Source: Haliotis rufescens
Lineage: Eukaryota
Assembly: GCF_023055435.1 (NCBI RefSeq)
Contig: NW_025963879.1
Coordinates: 558,001 to 622,000, forward strand
DNA length: 64,000 bases
Direction: 5' to 3'
Under the pieces are notes generated by a model. That model was not told the origin of the DNA. It saw nothing but the letters and a program-made list of their open reading frames with translations, and did not search any database. This document shows positions 62,882 to 64,000 of the stretch, one piece after another; the first letter of the stretch is position 1; every line of letters starts with the position of its first letter. The position numbers were made by a program, and so were the translations under genes.

Positions 62882-64000
62882 TATAAGAAGACATGTGAGC
62901 TTGATGTGAGACCGAGGGAATATAATCAGGTCAAACCAAATTCGAACCCACAGTCAAAGGTTTCCACAACGTCTATGGGATGCAGCTGTGCCCTCGGAAA
63001 GACACTCGATAGAATGGTTTTCTTATACATGTGGCGTTTGTAAACCTGAATGTTACGTAAGATGTAAACAAAGTAATGCTTCAAACAAGAGCGTCACCTG
63101 GTTGTATCCCCTAAAGTATTTCTCGTTCTAAAGGATTGCAACAGGTAAGTCACGTACAACCGAGCACCAACGCCTACAACAGTCACACACCTATAGGCCA
63201 AGAGTCTCCTATTGTTGTCTGGCTATCCAGGACAGTAACGTACACACAGAGCAAGAGCAACACTTCCTGGAACCTATCCTCGACTGAGCGAATGAGACAA
63301 ACAGCCTTATATTTAGTTGTTGAAATCGGCAAGGTTATGGTGGTATGTTGCGCAGGGTAGTGTGGCTGATTATATGTAAACGTACTATCTTTCTGGTCGT
63401 CGATCAGTAAAACTGACGTTCTTCCAAATCTGGGTGGGAAATATCATTCTGGGTAAAACGCCAGTGTCTTCTCTCATGCATGCATACCATATCCTTTGGG
63501 GGTAAGTTTTTAATATATGATGCTCATCTTTATGCTAAAATATCGTAAATGTATTTTGTATGCACCCATACCTGTAAACTTTTATAGGAAATTCTACTGC
63601 CTCATGGTATGAAACAATAATAAAATACTTTTCCAGAATGCTAATGTCTTCATACGGCATCCACTGTCAAGGGATCAACTTTAGGACAAAAGTACTAGAT
63701 AGACGTTGGTTGACCAGTTGGTCTAGTGCTATTCATGTGTACTCATAAATCACTTTTTATACCAATATATTTTTTTACATTTGAAGTTTACACGATAAAT
63801 GGCTTTTCCATCGGTCACATGACCGATAAATTGACGTTAATAAGTATATGAGCTACACAATTCGACGTTGATACGTTTTTTCACGAGACCGTGTTCTTGA
63901 AATGACGTAAACACTGATGGACTACGTCCACATTCCTGGGAAAACCCCAAGATGTTTAGACATTTTAATGTTAAACTCAGCGTTTTAGTATAAATTGAGA

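Larger units (their letters stand above)
42691..63982. repeat. Tandem segmental duplication of the subfamily B unit: 42691-53393 and 53394-63982
   Basis: ggtgtgcctttgtgatttcc at 42691 matches ggtgtccctttgtgatttcc at 53394. ttaaactcagcg ends at both 53393 and 63982. The sequence between is co-linear. Confidence 0.88.

Overview
This is eukaryotic (animal) genomic DNA. The SINE/LINE repertoire suggests a mollusc, possibly a gastropod such as abalone; that assignment is inference only. The ORF track is fragmentary because the genes are spliced. The window is a head-to-tail tandem array of six paralogous 7-exon genes on the minus strand: five complete and one cut by the left edge. They form two subfamilies: A (start codons at 1669, 14696, 26741) and B (39520, 48744, 59187). 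All exons join in frame with GT-AG introns and the same intron phases (1,1,2,1,1,0). Each gene encodes a secreted mosaic protein: signal peptide, short propeptide ending in an RxxR-type site, an unfamiliar Tyr/aromatic/Cys-rich ~60-aa domain, a Thr-rich mucin-like linker, a trypsin-fold (S1) domain, and a C-terminal tail ending in I-x-L-G. The S1 domain keeps 12 Cys, the R|I/L activation site and Asp194, but has lost the catalytic triad (His->Asn, Asp lost, Ser->Phe/Ala; Ser kept in one copy). The tail is expanded into a basic four-motif repeat in subfamily B. The array grew by ~12.4-12.6 kb (A) and ~10.6 kb (B) tandem duplications, and their junctions can be read from the sequence. Introns and spacers carry tRNA-derived SINEs, decayed LINEs (I/Nimb-like, L2/CR1-group, R4/Dong-like), pogo/Tc1-type MITEs, a 27-bp minisatellite, and a Penelope-like element ending in tandem minimal hammerhead ribozyme motifs. 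There is one assembly gap (13474-13620).
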